A stretch of DNA of 45,983 bases, taken from an uncultured bacterium. GTDB lineage: Bacteria > Patescibacteriota > Minisyncoccia > Phycocordibacterales > UBA918. The notes beneath the pieces were generated by a model, which saw only the letters and a program-made list of their open reading frames with translations, made no database searches and was not told the DNA's origin. Where the stretch lies: the NCBI GenBank assembly GCA_913050645.1, contig CAJXAG010000001.1, positions 1 through 45,983 on the forward strand, written 5' to 3'. The position numbers and the translations under genes are program-made. Numbering within the stretch: position 1 is the stretch's first letter; each line of letters starts with the position of its first letter. This document shows positions 1 through 8,334 of this stretch, one piece after another.

Positions 1-80
1 CCGAACTATATACTGACCCGTACAATAGTCTCCCAGACTATTGTACTCCCCGGGGCAGAGCCCGCGGGGCATTTGGGGAC
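1..80 (+). other. truncated copy of GC-rich multi-hairpin element (related to 29989-30110)
   Basis: A 12-bp hairpin at 20-46 is followed by actcc-ccccggggcagagcccgcgggg-catttgggga. This aligns with aactcc...ccccgggcttacgccgcgggg-tatttgtgggga at 30067-30111. Strand and function are unknown. Confidence 0.4.
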
Positions 81-238
81 AATGCTAGTAAAATAATGCC
101 TTATATCAGTATGGAGCTACACGCCAGCGTGAAAGTAAGGATGACAGCTATGCTCATTAATTTCCTGGATCGCTTCGACTATAGTCTCGCGAAGACGGAA
201 AAACCTTTGGTTTTTTCGTAGACGGCAACTTCGTTGCC

Positions 239-266
239 GTCATTGCGAGCTTCTGCGAAGCAATCC
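239..266 (+). repeat. short dispersed repeat GTCATTGCGAG-N-GAAGCAATCC (copy 1)
   Basis: gtcattgcgagcttctgcgaagcaatcc, with ATTGC/GCAAT inverted ends. Confidence 0.55.
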
Positions 267-340
267 AAGTTGTGTACAACTGAAGTACGGCTTTCTTGCT
301 AGGTTTTATTAGCATAGGTGCCAGGTCTAGAGGGGAGGGG

Positions 341-369
341 TTGATTTTATAATCAAATTATTGCATAAT
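341..369 (+). promoter_or_regulatory. sigma-70-like promoter for 405..776
   Basis: TTGATT (341-346), 17-nt spacer, CATAAT (364-369). Confidence 0.45.
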
Positions 370-404
370 CATACTCATACAAAAATCAAACATGAGGCAG
401 AACA

Positions 405-776
405 ATGAGAGCTCTTTTGGTACTTTTCTTTTCCTTTCTTCCCTTCACCGCCGGAGCTGAAGACGGGAGTGAGCAGTTCTTGGCATGCGATATGCCAATT
501 CTTAAGTACACCACCGGTGACATCAACGATGACCCCGAATGGTTCTACAGTGACTCGGTCGAATGGGTCATCGAGAACTATTATCCATACCCCAATGTAA
601 ATGGACTACCGGGCTATGCGGGATGGGTAGTACTCATCCGTATGATCGTCGACGGCGACGAAGATCTTGAAGACCATATCGTGCGCAGTGATAATCTTGC
701 ACAAGTAAAGTTCAACGGCCGCTGGATTCTCCAGCAAGACTTTGAACGCATGCTGTGTAATACAATAGTCTCATAA
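405..776 (+). CDS. hypothetical secreted protein (signal-peptide-like N-terminus)
   Basis: 123-aa ORF. N-terminus MRALLVLFFSFLPFTAGA is signal-peptide-like. GAGG (394-397) lies 7 nt before the ATG and a hairpin terminator follows at 780-806. No family recognised. Confidence 0.5.
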   Translation: MRALLVLFFSFLPFTAGAEDGSEQFLACDMPILKYTTGDINDDPEWFYSDSVEWVIENYYPYPNVNGLPGYAGWVVLIRMIVDGDEDLEDHIVRSDNLAQVKFNGRWILQQDFERMLCNTIVS

Positions 777-779
777 TCC

Positions 780-806
780 ACAAGCGTCTCAAAATGAGAC
801 GCTTGT
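780..806 (+). terminator. intrinsic terminator hairpin
   Basis: acaagcgtctc / gagacgcttgt, an 11-bp stem with a 5-nt loop, followed by a T-rich tail. Confidence 0.6.
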
Positions 807-857
807 TTCTTGCTTTTTACTCTTTTTTTTGCCAAAGTGGTATTAGGAGGTGTAACT

Positions 858-1151
858 ATGTACATACCATACGCAAGTATCATTATGTTCTTTTCCATAT
901 CATTTGCTGCGGCTGAGATCGTTCCAGTCCGCAGCAATATCGCGCCAACAACGTACTCTATAGAATACGAGAACACAATCAAAAATTTTGATGGTGACTG
1001 TCTTGCAATATTTCGGATCAACTACGAAAAAGTTAATCAAGAAATATCTGCAGGTACGCAAATATATATTTGGGAACCCACAACAGATCAGCTCTATCCT
1101 GCAAATATTTTTTACACAATGATAGACCCTGATACGTGTAGGCTAAACTAA
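858..1151 (+). CDS. hypothetical small secreted/membrane protein
   Basis: ORF track gives 810..1151. I prefer ATG 858 because AGGAGG (845-850) lies 7 nt upstream and the product then begins with a hydrophobic segment (MYIPYASIIMFFSISFAAA). Confidence 0.45.
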   Translation: MYIPYASIIMFFSISFAAAEIVPVRSNIAPTTYSIEYENTIKNFDGDCLAIFRINYEKVNQEISAGTQIYIWEPTTDQLYPANIFYTMIDPDTCRLN

Positions 1152-1194
1152 AATACTCTCGCTTAAAAACGAGCAGCATCCACCCCCAATGTCA

Positions 1195-1224
1195 AAAACG
1201 TAATCGCATCAGTGGTTACGTTTT
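1195..1224 (+). terminator. intrinsic terminator hairpin
   Basis: aaaacgtaa / ttacgtttt, a 9-bp stem with a 12-nt loop and a T/A-rich tail. Confidence 0.4.
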
Positions 1225-1249
1225 ATTTATTTATGCTACGCTATAGGCC

Positions 1250-2065
1250 ATGAAACGATACGTCGTACTCAATAAAGAAATCGGACAAACACCCCTTTCA
1301 TGCATGGAGGCCTGGCGAGAAAAAAACAACCTTGCTCCAGACATATCGCTTACCTATGCAGGGCGCCTCGATCCGATGGCCTCCGGAAAACTACTGGTGC
1401 TCATCGGTGAAGAATGCAAGAAAAAAGAAACGTACCTACACCTCGACAAAGAGTATGAGTTCGAAATACTGTTTGGACTTGCTTCAGACACCCAAGACGT
1501 CTTGGGTCGCCTCACGACCTCTGATCCGATACTTTTTGATACGCGAGTTATCACTCAAACACTGCAAACACTCGTGGGTAACATTGCACTTCCCTACCCG
1601 CACTTTTCTTCAAAAACAGTACAGGGGAAACCACTACACACGTGGACACTTGAAAATAAGCTTGATGAAATTACGATACCCACACAGACCTCAATAATCT
1701 ACGCTCTGAAGCTTCTTGAAACTCATATTCAAACACGGAAAGAAGTATACGATTACACAACCAAAAAAATTGAAACTATCCCGCCTGTAACCGAGCTCCG
1801 CAAAGCGCTCGGCAATGACTTTCGACGTGAAGATGTACGAGCAGACTGGAATCAATTTCTTGCTGAAGGAAATAAAACAGATCCCTTTTACAGAGCAAAA
1901 ATACAATGCATCGCCTCCTCAGGAACCTACATGCGTTCGCTTGCAGCATTGATTGCGGCACGTCTGGGTACTACCGGGCTTGCCTACAGTATCCATCGCA
2001 CAAAAATAGGCACCTATAAAAAGATTCCTATCATAGGCGGCCTTTGGACTAGCATGTATACCTAG
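1250..2065 (+). CDS. truB: tRNA pseudouridine(55) synthase TruB
   Basis: 271 aa. GRLDPMASGKLLVLIGEECKK matches the TruB catalytic-Asp block (G-x-LDP-x-A-x-G-x-L), followed by a DKEY...FG..SDTQD region typical of the family. Confidence 0.8.
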   Translation: MKRYVVLNKEIGQTPLSCMEAWREKNNLAPDISLTYAGRLDPMASGKLLVLIGEECKKKETYLHLDKEYEFEILFGLASDTQDVLGRLTTSDPILFDTRVITQTLQTLVGNIALPYPHFSSKTVQGKPLHTWTLENKLDEITIPTQTSIIYALKLLETHIQTRKEVYDYTTKKIETIPPVTELRKALGNDFRREDVRADWNQFLAEGNKTDPFYRAKIQCIASSGTYMRSLAALIAARLGTTGLAYSIHRTKIGTYKKIPIIGGLWTSMYT

Positions 2066-4044
2066 CACTTGTTTCCTGAAAGTTCTTTATGCTTCTGAAT
2101 ATATGCATCCACCGTCACCACAAACTCGGCATGGCTCCAAATAAGCGGTGCTGTTGAAAGATGCGCGCCCGTTTGCGGATGCATCTGCTCTGCCAGTACA
2201 CCGCTTTTTGTTGCCTGGTTACAGGTCCATTCTAAAATGTCATACGCCTCTTTCAGACCCTTGATGGTTTCAGCAGCTTTAATAGCGTACTGAGCACGCC
2301 AGAGCGTAGTAATCACCCACGGGTTGGGTGTACCTGTTTCTTGTAGCGTATAGTACGTATCATTTTCATAACGAATATAACCGGTGGTGTGTGCGTCCAC
2401 ACGAAGTCGATCTTCAACTGTCTGCAGTGCCTTACGTACACGTGGATCATCTACCTCCACCACGCCAAAGTACACTGGTCCAAAGAAACTACTCATATCA
2501 ACGGTCATGTCTCGCTCATCCTCTTTATTGTCGTACGCACGGATATGTTTGATGAACATACCAAGCTTTTCATCATATAAATGCTCCATTATGGCGCCTT
2601 GGATGCGCTGTGCTACTGCACTATAAGTACGTGCCGCTTCCTGCTTCCCAAGGATATTTGCAAACCTCGATGCAGCATTAAGTGCTCCATACACTGCACT
2701 TGCGGTGTATGTTGAGATACCAAACTTTTCTTCCCAGAGATCAAACGAATTATTCGGTAGGCCAAGGCGCGCTTCAATAAACTCTGTCATGAAATCTGCA
2801 GCTTTCTCAATAAATGGATTATATAGTGACTCAATAAACTCCAAATCCTTCACCTTTTCATAATGTTCCCAAAGAGCGTAGAGTACCAACGCAGTCTCAT
2901 CTTCTTGTATGGGGAACTCGGGCGTGCCTTCAATAATCCACGGATGCCACGAACTACCAAGACATCCATCAGCCCGATACTTGTGCATAAAGTATCCACC
3001 TCGCTCCAGACGTTCTGTCATAAACCGGAAGAACTGCTGTGTCACGTCAGCATATCCTGCGGTATCCAGTGCAATTGCAACAAGTGCCGCGTCACGTGGC
3101 CAAACGTAGCTATAGGTATCGCGACCGTGATGAAGCATATCGGTATCGCTCGATGCAATAATCGCACCACCGTTGTCGGTATGTACACGAATAGTGGTGA
3201 GGGATCGTTTATAAAGCATTTGCATCTCAAACGAGAACAGTGAGAGATCCCGCCCATCTTCTTTATCAAGCCATGCCTTCCAGTAGTTTTGTGTGGTGCG
3301 CAACAACGCCTCTGGTGTCTCCTTCAGTACGTAGGCATTCAGATCATGTGCCTCACCCATGGTTTCACCACACACAATCCAGTATGCAATCTGTGTCGCA
3401 CCTTTGGGTTTTAGTTTTGCAGTAATCCCAATAATCGAATCAACTGAACCGTGTTCTATAGGGTTCTGTTCAAGCTTCCCGTCAGCAGCATCATGAAACG
3501 TTCCTTCTTTTCCTTCGATACCAAACAGACCAATATTGTATTCCTTAAACTGCTCTTCGCCATGGTAGGCATTTACTAAAAAAGTATTTTTTCCTTTGTA
3601 GTGTACGATTGCATTGACGCGTGGGTCATAATACCCCGTGTCACCTCGGCGCGACTCGGAAATACGAAACTGTTGCGAAAGAAAGAGTTTTACCTCGCGC
3701 TGCTCATTGCGCTCGTTACTTAGGGTAAATGAACGTATAAATACATTCTGCTCGTTGTGTACCACATCAACACTCGAAAGTGTGATTCCAAGCTTGTCAT
3801 TAACCGCATGCATACTTCCAACCACTGTCTCCGGGTCAGAGCCGACCGTTATATGCCAATCAGCATCGTCAAGCCATGAAATCTGCTCATCGGCATACAC
3901 TCCAATACGATGCACAAAGCTCCCACTTGCACCACTGACATGATTACTAAACCCGACATGGGGATAGTATAAATCGCGCACTTGACCACGATAGTCAAGT
4001 CCGACGAGCATGTTGCCATTTCCTAGTGTAACTGCTCGTGCCAT
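2062..4044 (-). CDS. glycoside hydrolase family 15 (glucoamylase-like)
   Basis: 660 aa. YVWPRDAA and FDLWEEKFG blocks of the GH15 (alpha/alpha)6 catalytic domain are present. The 3' end overlaps the truB 3' end by 4 nt (convergent). Confidence 0.85.
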   Translation of the reverse strand: MARAVTLGNGNMLVGLDYRGQVRDLYYPHVGFSNHVSGASGSFVHRIGVYADEQISWLDDADWHITVGSDPETVVGSMHAVNDKLGITLSSVDVVHNEQNVFIRSFTLSNERNEQREVKLFLSQQFRISESRRGDTGYYDPRVNAIVHYKGKNTFLVNAYHGEEQFKEYNIGLFGIEGKEGTFHDAADGKLEQNPIEHGSVDSIIGITAKLKPKGATQIAYWIVCGETMGEAHDLNAYVLKETPEALLRTTQNYWKAWLDKEDGRDLSLFSFEMQMLYKRSLTTIRVHTDNGGAIIASSDTDMLHHGRDTYSYVWPRDAALVAIALDTAGYADVTQQFFRFMTERLERGGYFMHKYRADGCLGSSWHPWIIEGTPEFPIQEDETALVLYALWEHYEKVKDLEFIESLYNPFIEKAADFMTEFIEARLGLPNNSFDLWEEKFGISTYTASAVYGALNAASRFANILGKQEAARTYSAVAQRIQGAIMEHLYDEKLGMFIKHIRAYDNKEDERDMTVDMSSFFGPVYFGVVEVDDPRVRKALQTVEDRLRVDAHTTGYIRYENDTYYTLQETGTPNPWVITTLWRAQYAIKAAETIKGLKEAYDILEWTCNQATKSGVLAEQMHPQTGAHLSTAPLIWSHAEFVVTVDAYIQKHKELSGNKC

Positions 4045-4048
4045 AGGT

Positions 4049-4435
4049 TTAGATAGTGTAGAGTCGAAGGTGACGCTTTACGACTGTTCGAGCACTTGAT
4101 GGCTTCTTGCTTCGTCGTAAGTCTGCTGCACACGCAGCATCATCAAGCACGTGTTCTACCCAGTCTGCGAAATCGTTCTTTTCCTTTGTCACGTGATGCA
4201 AAAACACCTCATCTTCCATTGAGCCAAAAGCTGTCTCAAGCTGTTGTAAATCCTCAAGCACCGCACCATCGGTTGTCCAGAAGCATGACGCATCTTCTGC
4301 ACACACAAGTGCACGCATCTTCTGTGGCTTCTTAGAGGCTGTCTTCTTAGAAGTTGCCTTCTTTTTTACAGCTTTCTTTGCTGCTTTTTTAACTGCCTTT
4401 TTAACAGTTTTTTTAGTTGTTTTTTTTGCGGACAT
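4049..4435 (-). CDS. Lys/Ala-rich N-terminal tail protein with acidic globular C-domain, glycogen-cluster associated
   Basis: 128 aa. The first ~40 aa are KKTVKKAVKKAAKKAVKKK-type low complexity, followed by an ~85-aa Asp/Glu-rich domain. It is packed between GH57 and GH15 with gaps of 4 and 12 nt. Confidence 0.6.
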   Translation of the reverse strand: MSAKKTTKKTVKKAVKKAAKKAVKKKATSKKTASKKPQKMRALVCAEDASCFWTTDGAVLEDLQQLETAFGSMEDEVFLHHVTKEKNDFADWVEHVLDDAACAADLRRSKKPSSARTVVKRHLRLYTI

Positions 4436-4447
4436 AAGAACTATTGT

Positions 4448-5779
4448 TTATGAAAATGTGAATAAAGAACGAAATCGCTTAAAGAGACCGTGCCACCAAA
4501 TACGTAGACGTTCCCAGAACGTCAACGTCGACTCAGACGACGCTACCTCCTGCCGTCGCTTTTCTTTTTCTGCGACTGCATGTTGTACCCTTAATTGTAA
4601 ATCACTTAAGGCATTCATAAAAGCGACATATGCATCATATGGGGATTCATACGGAGAGAAGTATGCATGCACGTCTCCGTCTTCGGACCACTTGGTACAC
4701 ATATAGTAGAAATGATCAGACGTTTGCAACTTTCGCCACGTTTCAATAATCTCCGGATCTTCTGTCGCCATCACATCACGTTCGATGCCGTAAATTGCCG
4801 CGATTGCATCTTTCTGGATATCATTCCCCGTCCATGCAGTCAGATCACGATCAGTATCAGCCCAGGTCATCACGTCAGGAACATCGATCTCTCCAACCGC
4901 ATCGTAGCTCAGCGCCGTTTCAGTCGCTGTTTTAAAGGTGGTGTCGGGATGTTCAGTCAACAAGTGCGGCAGCGTGCGCATAAAGTTGAAGATACCCGTA
5001 TCTTCCCACTGATGCTCCCCAAACGTTTCATAATCCATAAAGAGATTGATCGTTTGTCCATCGCCATGATGCGCATGGATCCAGTCAGTGTAAGTCTCTG
5101 CAGAAAGTGGAAAACTCTCCCATGCTTGATTACCAAACCGGAATGCCACATCATCAGACAACTTGTAATTTTTTAAGAGCACCTTTATCTTGCTACACCC
5201 TTGTGGGTTGTATACGTAGTTTGGACTGCGCCATCCAAGTACTGGGTCCCACCCTTCAGCCATGATCCCAATGTAGCCATTGTCTTCACACCACTTGGCC
5301 AGGTCATTTCGATATGAAAGTTCTGTGTTACGGAATACTTTTGGTGTGTACCCAAAGAGTTCATGAATGCGTTTTGCATGCTGCGCAACCTGTCGCTCAA
5401 ACTCCGGCACTGAGTAGAAAAATGCAAGTGAGTGGTGATAAGTGTCCGCGAGAATTTCCACGCGTCCCGACGCAACAAGTTTCTGAAAACTCTCCAGCAC
5501 ATCTGGTGCATACGCTTCAAACTGATCAAGCACCGTACCTGAGAATGAAAGTGAGAACTTAAACTCAGGATGCGTATCTAAAAGTTCTTGCAACACCGCG
5601 TTCATCGGTCGGTACGACTTCTCTGCAACTTTCTCAATGATTTTTCGGTTGTTCAAGTCTGTTTCTGACGCATCGTTGAAATATTCATTGTCATTTCCAA
5701 TGTCAAATACACGATACTTTTTTACCCGGTAGGGTTGGTGTACATGAAAATAGGGACAGACTGTTAACATAGCAAGCAA
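4448..5779 (-). CDS. glycoside hydrolase family 57 (alpha-amylase / branching-enzyme family)
   Basis: 443 aa. N-terminal FHVHQPYR block and overall layout are typical of GH57. It lies 4 nt downstream of the glycosyltransferase. Confidence 0.8.
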   Translation of the reverse strand: MLAMLTVCPYFHVHQPYRVKKYRVFDIGNDNEYFNDASETDLNNRKIIEKVAEKSYRPMNAVLQELLDTHPEFKFSLSFSGTVLDQFEAYAPDVLESFQKLVASGRVEILADTYHHSLAFFYSVPEFERQVAQHAKRIHELFGYTPKVFRNTELSYRNDLAKWCEDNGYIGIMAEGWDPVLGWRSPNYVYNPQGCSKIKVLLKNYKLSDDVAFRFGNQAWESFPLSAETYTDWIHAHHGDGQTINLFMDYETFGEHQWEDTGIFNFMRTLPHLLTEHPDTTFKTATETALSYDAVGEIDVPDVMTWADTDRDLTAWTGNDIQKDAIAAIYGIERDVMATEDPEIIETWRKLQTSDHFYYMCTKWSEDGDVHAYFSPYESPYDAYVAFMNALSDLQLRVQHAVAEKEKRRQEVASSESTLTFWERLRIWWHGLFKRFRSLFTFS

Positions 5780-5783
5780 GTAG

Positions 5784-6995
5784 TTACGTTACCCATTCTA
5801 TCAGATGGCGGTATAAATCGAGAACTTTACGCGCCACCCCTTTCCACGATAGCTGCGCGCTCTCCTTCTGTCCTTCTTTCACTAATTGTCCGTGCATTAC
5901 CGGATAACGCAATGCAGCAAGGATTTTATTTGCCATTTCTTCAACATCCCAAAAGTCTACCTTCAGGACATGTGTAATCACCTCAGCTACACCTGACTGT
6001 TTTGAAATAAGTGACGGTGCACCATGCTGAATCGCCTCAAGCGGTACCAATCCAAAAGGCTCAGAGACCGAGGGCATCACGACCAAGTCAACGCTTTGAT
6101 ACATCTGGTCACGTTCTTCATACCAAAGTGCCCCCGCAAACAACACGTGCTGAGAAAGCCCGAGTGCCCCTACCTGCTGCATGATCTGTCCAGTCATGTC
6201 TCCCTTTCCCGAAATAACAAAAACGACGTTTGGGTCATATGAAACAACCTTTTGGGCTGCCTGCACAAAATAATCAACACCTTTCTGAACTGTGATGCGT
6301 CCATGGTACAACACAATCTTCTTTCCTTGCGCACGTAACTCCTGCAAGGTTGGCTCATGTCGCTTCACTTCTTGCGTGTCGATACCGTTATGTACCACCG
6401 TAACTTTATCTGGGTTCACGTCATACTTTTGCGTCACGATGTCTTTTGTAAACTGACTGACGGCAACTACTTTGTCTGCGACAGCAAAAGATTCTTTTTC
6501 AATCTCGTATACTTGTGGATCAACATTTTCTCCAGCAGCCTGATCAAACGCTGTCGCATGCACATGGAGAATCAGCGGCTTTCCAGTGGCAATCTTTGCT
6601 GCAACACCAGCAAGATATGACGTCCAGTCGTGTGCATGGATGAGATCAAACTCTTCCTCCATAGCAATCTCTGCCGCCTTGTGCGCGTATGCATGCACCT
6701 CCTGCAGAAGCGTCCGGCTGTACAAATGATGCCGACCATACTCATCGTACACATCAATCATGGTTTGTGAGCCGGTGTAGGGCACCATTGCTGAGGGTAC
6801 CTCGCGAGTGCGTACCATTTTCTCTACATCAGCAAAAATAAAGCGAGAATGTCCATCGACAGCTTGCGACTTCGGCAACACAAAAATCACCTCGACACCA
6901 CTTTGTGCGAGTTCACGTGTAATGCCCTGGCATGCCATACCGAGGCCTCCAGTTGTGTGTGGCGGGAAATCCCAACCAAACGTAAGAACTTTCAT
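5784..6995 (-). CDS. GT-B glycosyltransferase, glycogen/starch-synthase-like (GT4/GT5)
   Basis: N-terminal KVLTFGWDFPPHTTGGLG (synthase-like GGL motif) and C-terminal SEPFGLVPLEAIQHG (E-x7-E region). ORF track starts at 7025; I prefer ATG 6995 (MKVLTF). Confidence 0.8.
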   Translation of the reverse strand: MKVLTFGWDFPPHTTGGLGMACQGITRELAQSGVEVIFVLPKSQAVDGHSRFIFADVEKMVRTREVPSAMVPYTGSQTMIDVYDEYGRHHLYSRTLLQEVHAYAHKAAEIAMEEEFDLIHAHDWTSYLAGVAAKIATGKPLILHVHATAFDQAAGENVDPQVYEIEKESFAVADKVVAVSQFTKDIVTQKYDVNPDKVTVVHNGIDTQEVKRHEPTLQELRAQGKKIVLYHGRITVQKGVDYFVQAAQKVVSYDPNVVFVISGKGDMTGQIMQQVGALGLSQHVLFAGALWYEERDQMYQSVDLVVMPSVSEPFGLVPLEAIQHGAPSLISKQSGVAEVITHVLKVDFWDVEEMANKILAALRYPVMHGQLVKEGQKESAQLSWKGVARKVLDLYRHLIEWVT

Positions 6996-7100
6996 GTGTA
7001 CTTGGCAATCGTCCGACCGTATCAAAATAAGGAGAAATATAGACGATTACGCATATATAATACCACGTTGTTACAGGACTGGCTTTTGCCGCTGTGCGTA

Positions 7101-7129
7101 TTGACTGCATGGGTCAGCTCTGGTAATAT
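7101..7129 (+). promoter_or_regulatory. sigma-70-like promoter for rpmG
   Basis: TTGACT (7101-7106), 17-nt spacer, TAATAT (7124-7129). This implies a ~100-nt leader with repeated CGAGCGAGCG and TTGAG(C)TTACAT motifs. Confidence 0.55.
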
Positions 7130-7235
7130 TGCGCCACTACAGCCAAGCGAGCGAGCGTCGTGAGCAAATTTCAAGCTTGAGTTACATACTTAATTTGAGC
7201 TTACATTTGGACATGACCGAGCGAGCGAAGGGTGT

Positions 7236-7430
7236 ATGAATAAAATTCATATGTCACAAGATCGACTCATAAAAATGGTTAGCAAGGGCGACGAAAACGG
7301 CGTTGGTAAAGGTCATGTGTACTACACAACCTACAACAACAAGAACAAGAAGGACCCGAGCAAAAAGCACGAGGAACGAAAGTTCAACCCCGTTTCAAAG
7401 ACCCACACACAGTACGTGCAGAAAAAATAG
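7236..7430 (+). CDS. rpmG: 50S ribosomal protein L33
   Basis: GHVYYTTYNNKN...RKFNPVSKTHTQYVQKK aligns with the L33 core (GHFYTTTKNKR...RKFDPVVRKH). An alternative start at ATG 7251 is possible. Promoter at 7101-7129 and terminator at 7442-7480. Confidence 0.8.
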   Translation: MNKIHMSQDRLIKMVSKGDENGVGKGHVYYTTYNNKNKKDPSKKHEERKFNPVSKTHTQYVQKK

Positions 7431-7441
7431 TTTATCTATAA

Positions 7442-7480
7442 ACAAAGACAACGGCGCCCTGTGGGCGCCGTTGTCTTTGT
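7442..7480 (+). terminator. rpmG terminator, 18-bp perfect stem
   Basis: acaaagacaacggcgccc-tgt-gggcgccgttgtctttgt. Confidence 0.65.
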
Positions 7481-7484
7481 CCAA

Positions 7485-7512
7485 AAAACCTTTCATTCGA
7501 ATGAAAGGTTTT
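7485..7512. repeat. perfect palindrome AAAACCTTTCATTC|GAATGAAAGGTTTT (copy 1)
   Basis: 28-nt perfect palindrome immediately after the rpmG terminator. Confidence 0.6.
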
Positions 7513-7513
7513 A

Positions 7514-7541
7514 TTGACTTCTCTCCCCCTTTTGCTACATT
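7514..7541 (+). promoter_or_regulatory. sigma-70-like promoter for 7577..7939
   Basis: TTGACT (7514-7519), 16-nt spacer, TACATT (7536-7541). Confidence 0.5.
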
Positions 7542-7576
7542 TGCCTGTAGAAACAACCCTGAGGAGTTAGTCAACA

Positions 7577-7939
7577 ATGCATATCGCAAGAGTCTCTTCA
7601 ACGACGTTCCGCTCGAGTCGTCAGTACAGGTTTCCGTACCGAATCTGGAACAAAGAAAGCGAAGCAAAGCCGATTCAAAAGCTCTGGGAAGACGTAGATC
7701 CCTATGGAGCTGGCCCACAAAACTTTCCTGACTGCTTTCCCAAAAATGGCTTCGATGTCAAAGAGCGTATGCTGGAACTACTCGGAAGTCTAGGGATGAA
7801 ACAAGCACACATTGCACATATGGACGTAAGTGCATACATACTTGAAGCAAGAGTCCTCAATGACCAAAGTAGAAACATTGAAAATTGGGACGCTTTTGAA
7901 GCACTGCTCGAAAGAACATTCTGCCTTGAAGTTCGGTAA
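7577..7939 (+). CDS. hypothetical protein
   Basis: 120-aa ORF. GAGGAG (7561-7566) lies 10 nt upstream, a TTGACT-16-TACATT promoter sits at 7514-7541, and a hairpin terminator sits at 7943-7970. No family recognised. Confidence 0.5.
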   Translation: MHIARVSSTTFRSSRQYRFPYRIWNKESEAKPIQKLWEDVDPYGAGPQNFPDCFPKNGFDVKERMLELLGSLGMKQAHIAHMDVSAYILEARVLNDQSRNIENWDAFEALLERTFCLEVR

Positions 7940-7942
7940 TCA

Positions 7943-7970
7943 AAAACCTCGCAATCAATCGCGAGGTTTT
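7943..7970 (+). terminator. intrinsic terminator hairpin
   Basis: aaaacctcgc / gcgaggtttt, a 10-bp stem with an 8-nt loop, directly after the stop at 7939. Confidence 0.6.
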
Positions 7971-8001
7971 CTTATACCTGTACCACATTCGTCATTGCTT
8001 C

Positions 8002-8033
8002 GTCATTGCGAGGAACTTGCGACGAAGCAATCC
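8002..8033 (+). repeat. short dispersed repeat GTCATTGCGAG-N-GAAGCAATCC (copy 2, with partial duplicate 7991-8001)
   Basis: gtcattgcgaggaacttgcgacgaagcaatcc, preceded by gtcattgcttc. Confidence 0.55.
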
Positions 8034-8039
8034 AGAAAG

Positions 8040-8073
8040 CACAAAACCTTTCATTCGAATGAAAGGTTTTGTG
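8040..8073. repeat. perfect palindrome CACAAAACCTTTCATTC|GAATGAAAGGTTTTGTG (copy 2)
   Basis: 34-nt perfect palindrome sharing its 28-nt core with 7485-7512. Confidence 0.6.
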
Positions 8074-8122
8074 TGTAACTAATTTCCTCAAATTACTATG
8101 AAATGCAAAGTAGCAATTGTGC

Positions 8123-8334
8123 AATAGAAGCGATTTGCTTGAGTGCAGTTCTAAGCGTAAAAAATAACGTAAAGCGTACTGATACGTACTGTGTGAGACA
8201 GTGTCTAAACACTGTCGCAGGACTCATTGAGATATTTTGAGGGACGAGAAATATCCAATGAGTGGACAACTTCTGTAAGAAGCGTTATTTTCTGCATTAC
8301 AACAAAGAAATGTGCCTAGAAAATCGCTTCTATT
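8123..8334 (-). repeat. gene-3'-end structured element, expanded copy (after fba)
   Basis: An outer 14-bp perfect helix pairs 8123-8136 with 8321-8334 and includes the fba TAG. The S1-like helix pairs aaaaataacg (8160-8169) with cgttatttt (8283-8291) and encloses three extra hairpins. A CAACAAAG motif lies at 8300-8307. Confidence 0.45.

Noticed and set aside
1-120. Possible 5S rRNA fragment, because the window starts with CCGAACT (reminiscent of the 5S CCGAACTCAGAAGTGAAAC block).
   Set aside because: Similarity ends after 7 nt and none of the downstream conserved 5S segments are present. The region instead aligns with the GC-rich element at 30067-30111.
7303-7731. A 142-aa + strand ORF and a 107-aa minus-strand ORF spanning the rpmG 3' end and the following hairpins.
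   Set aside because: They run through the rpmG terminator (7442-7480) and the 28-nt palindrome, and they overlap the better-supported gene at 7577..7939.
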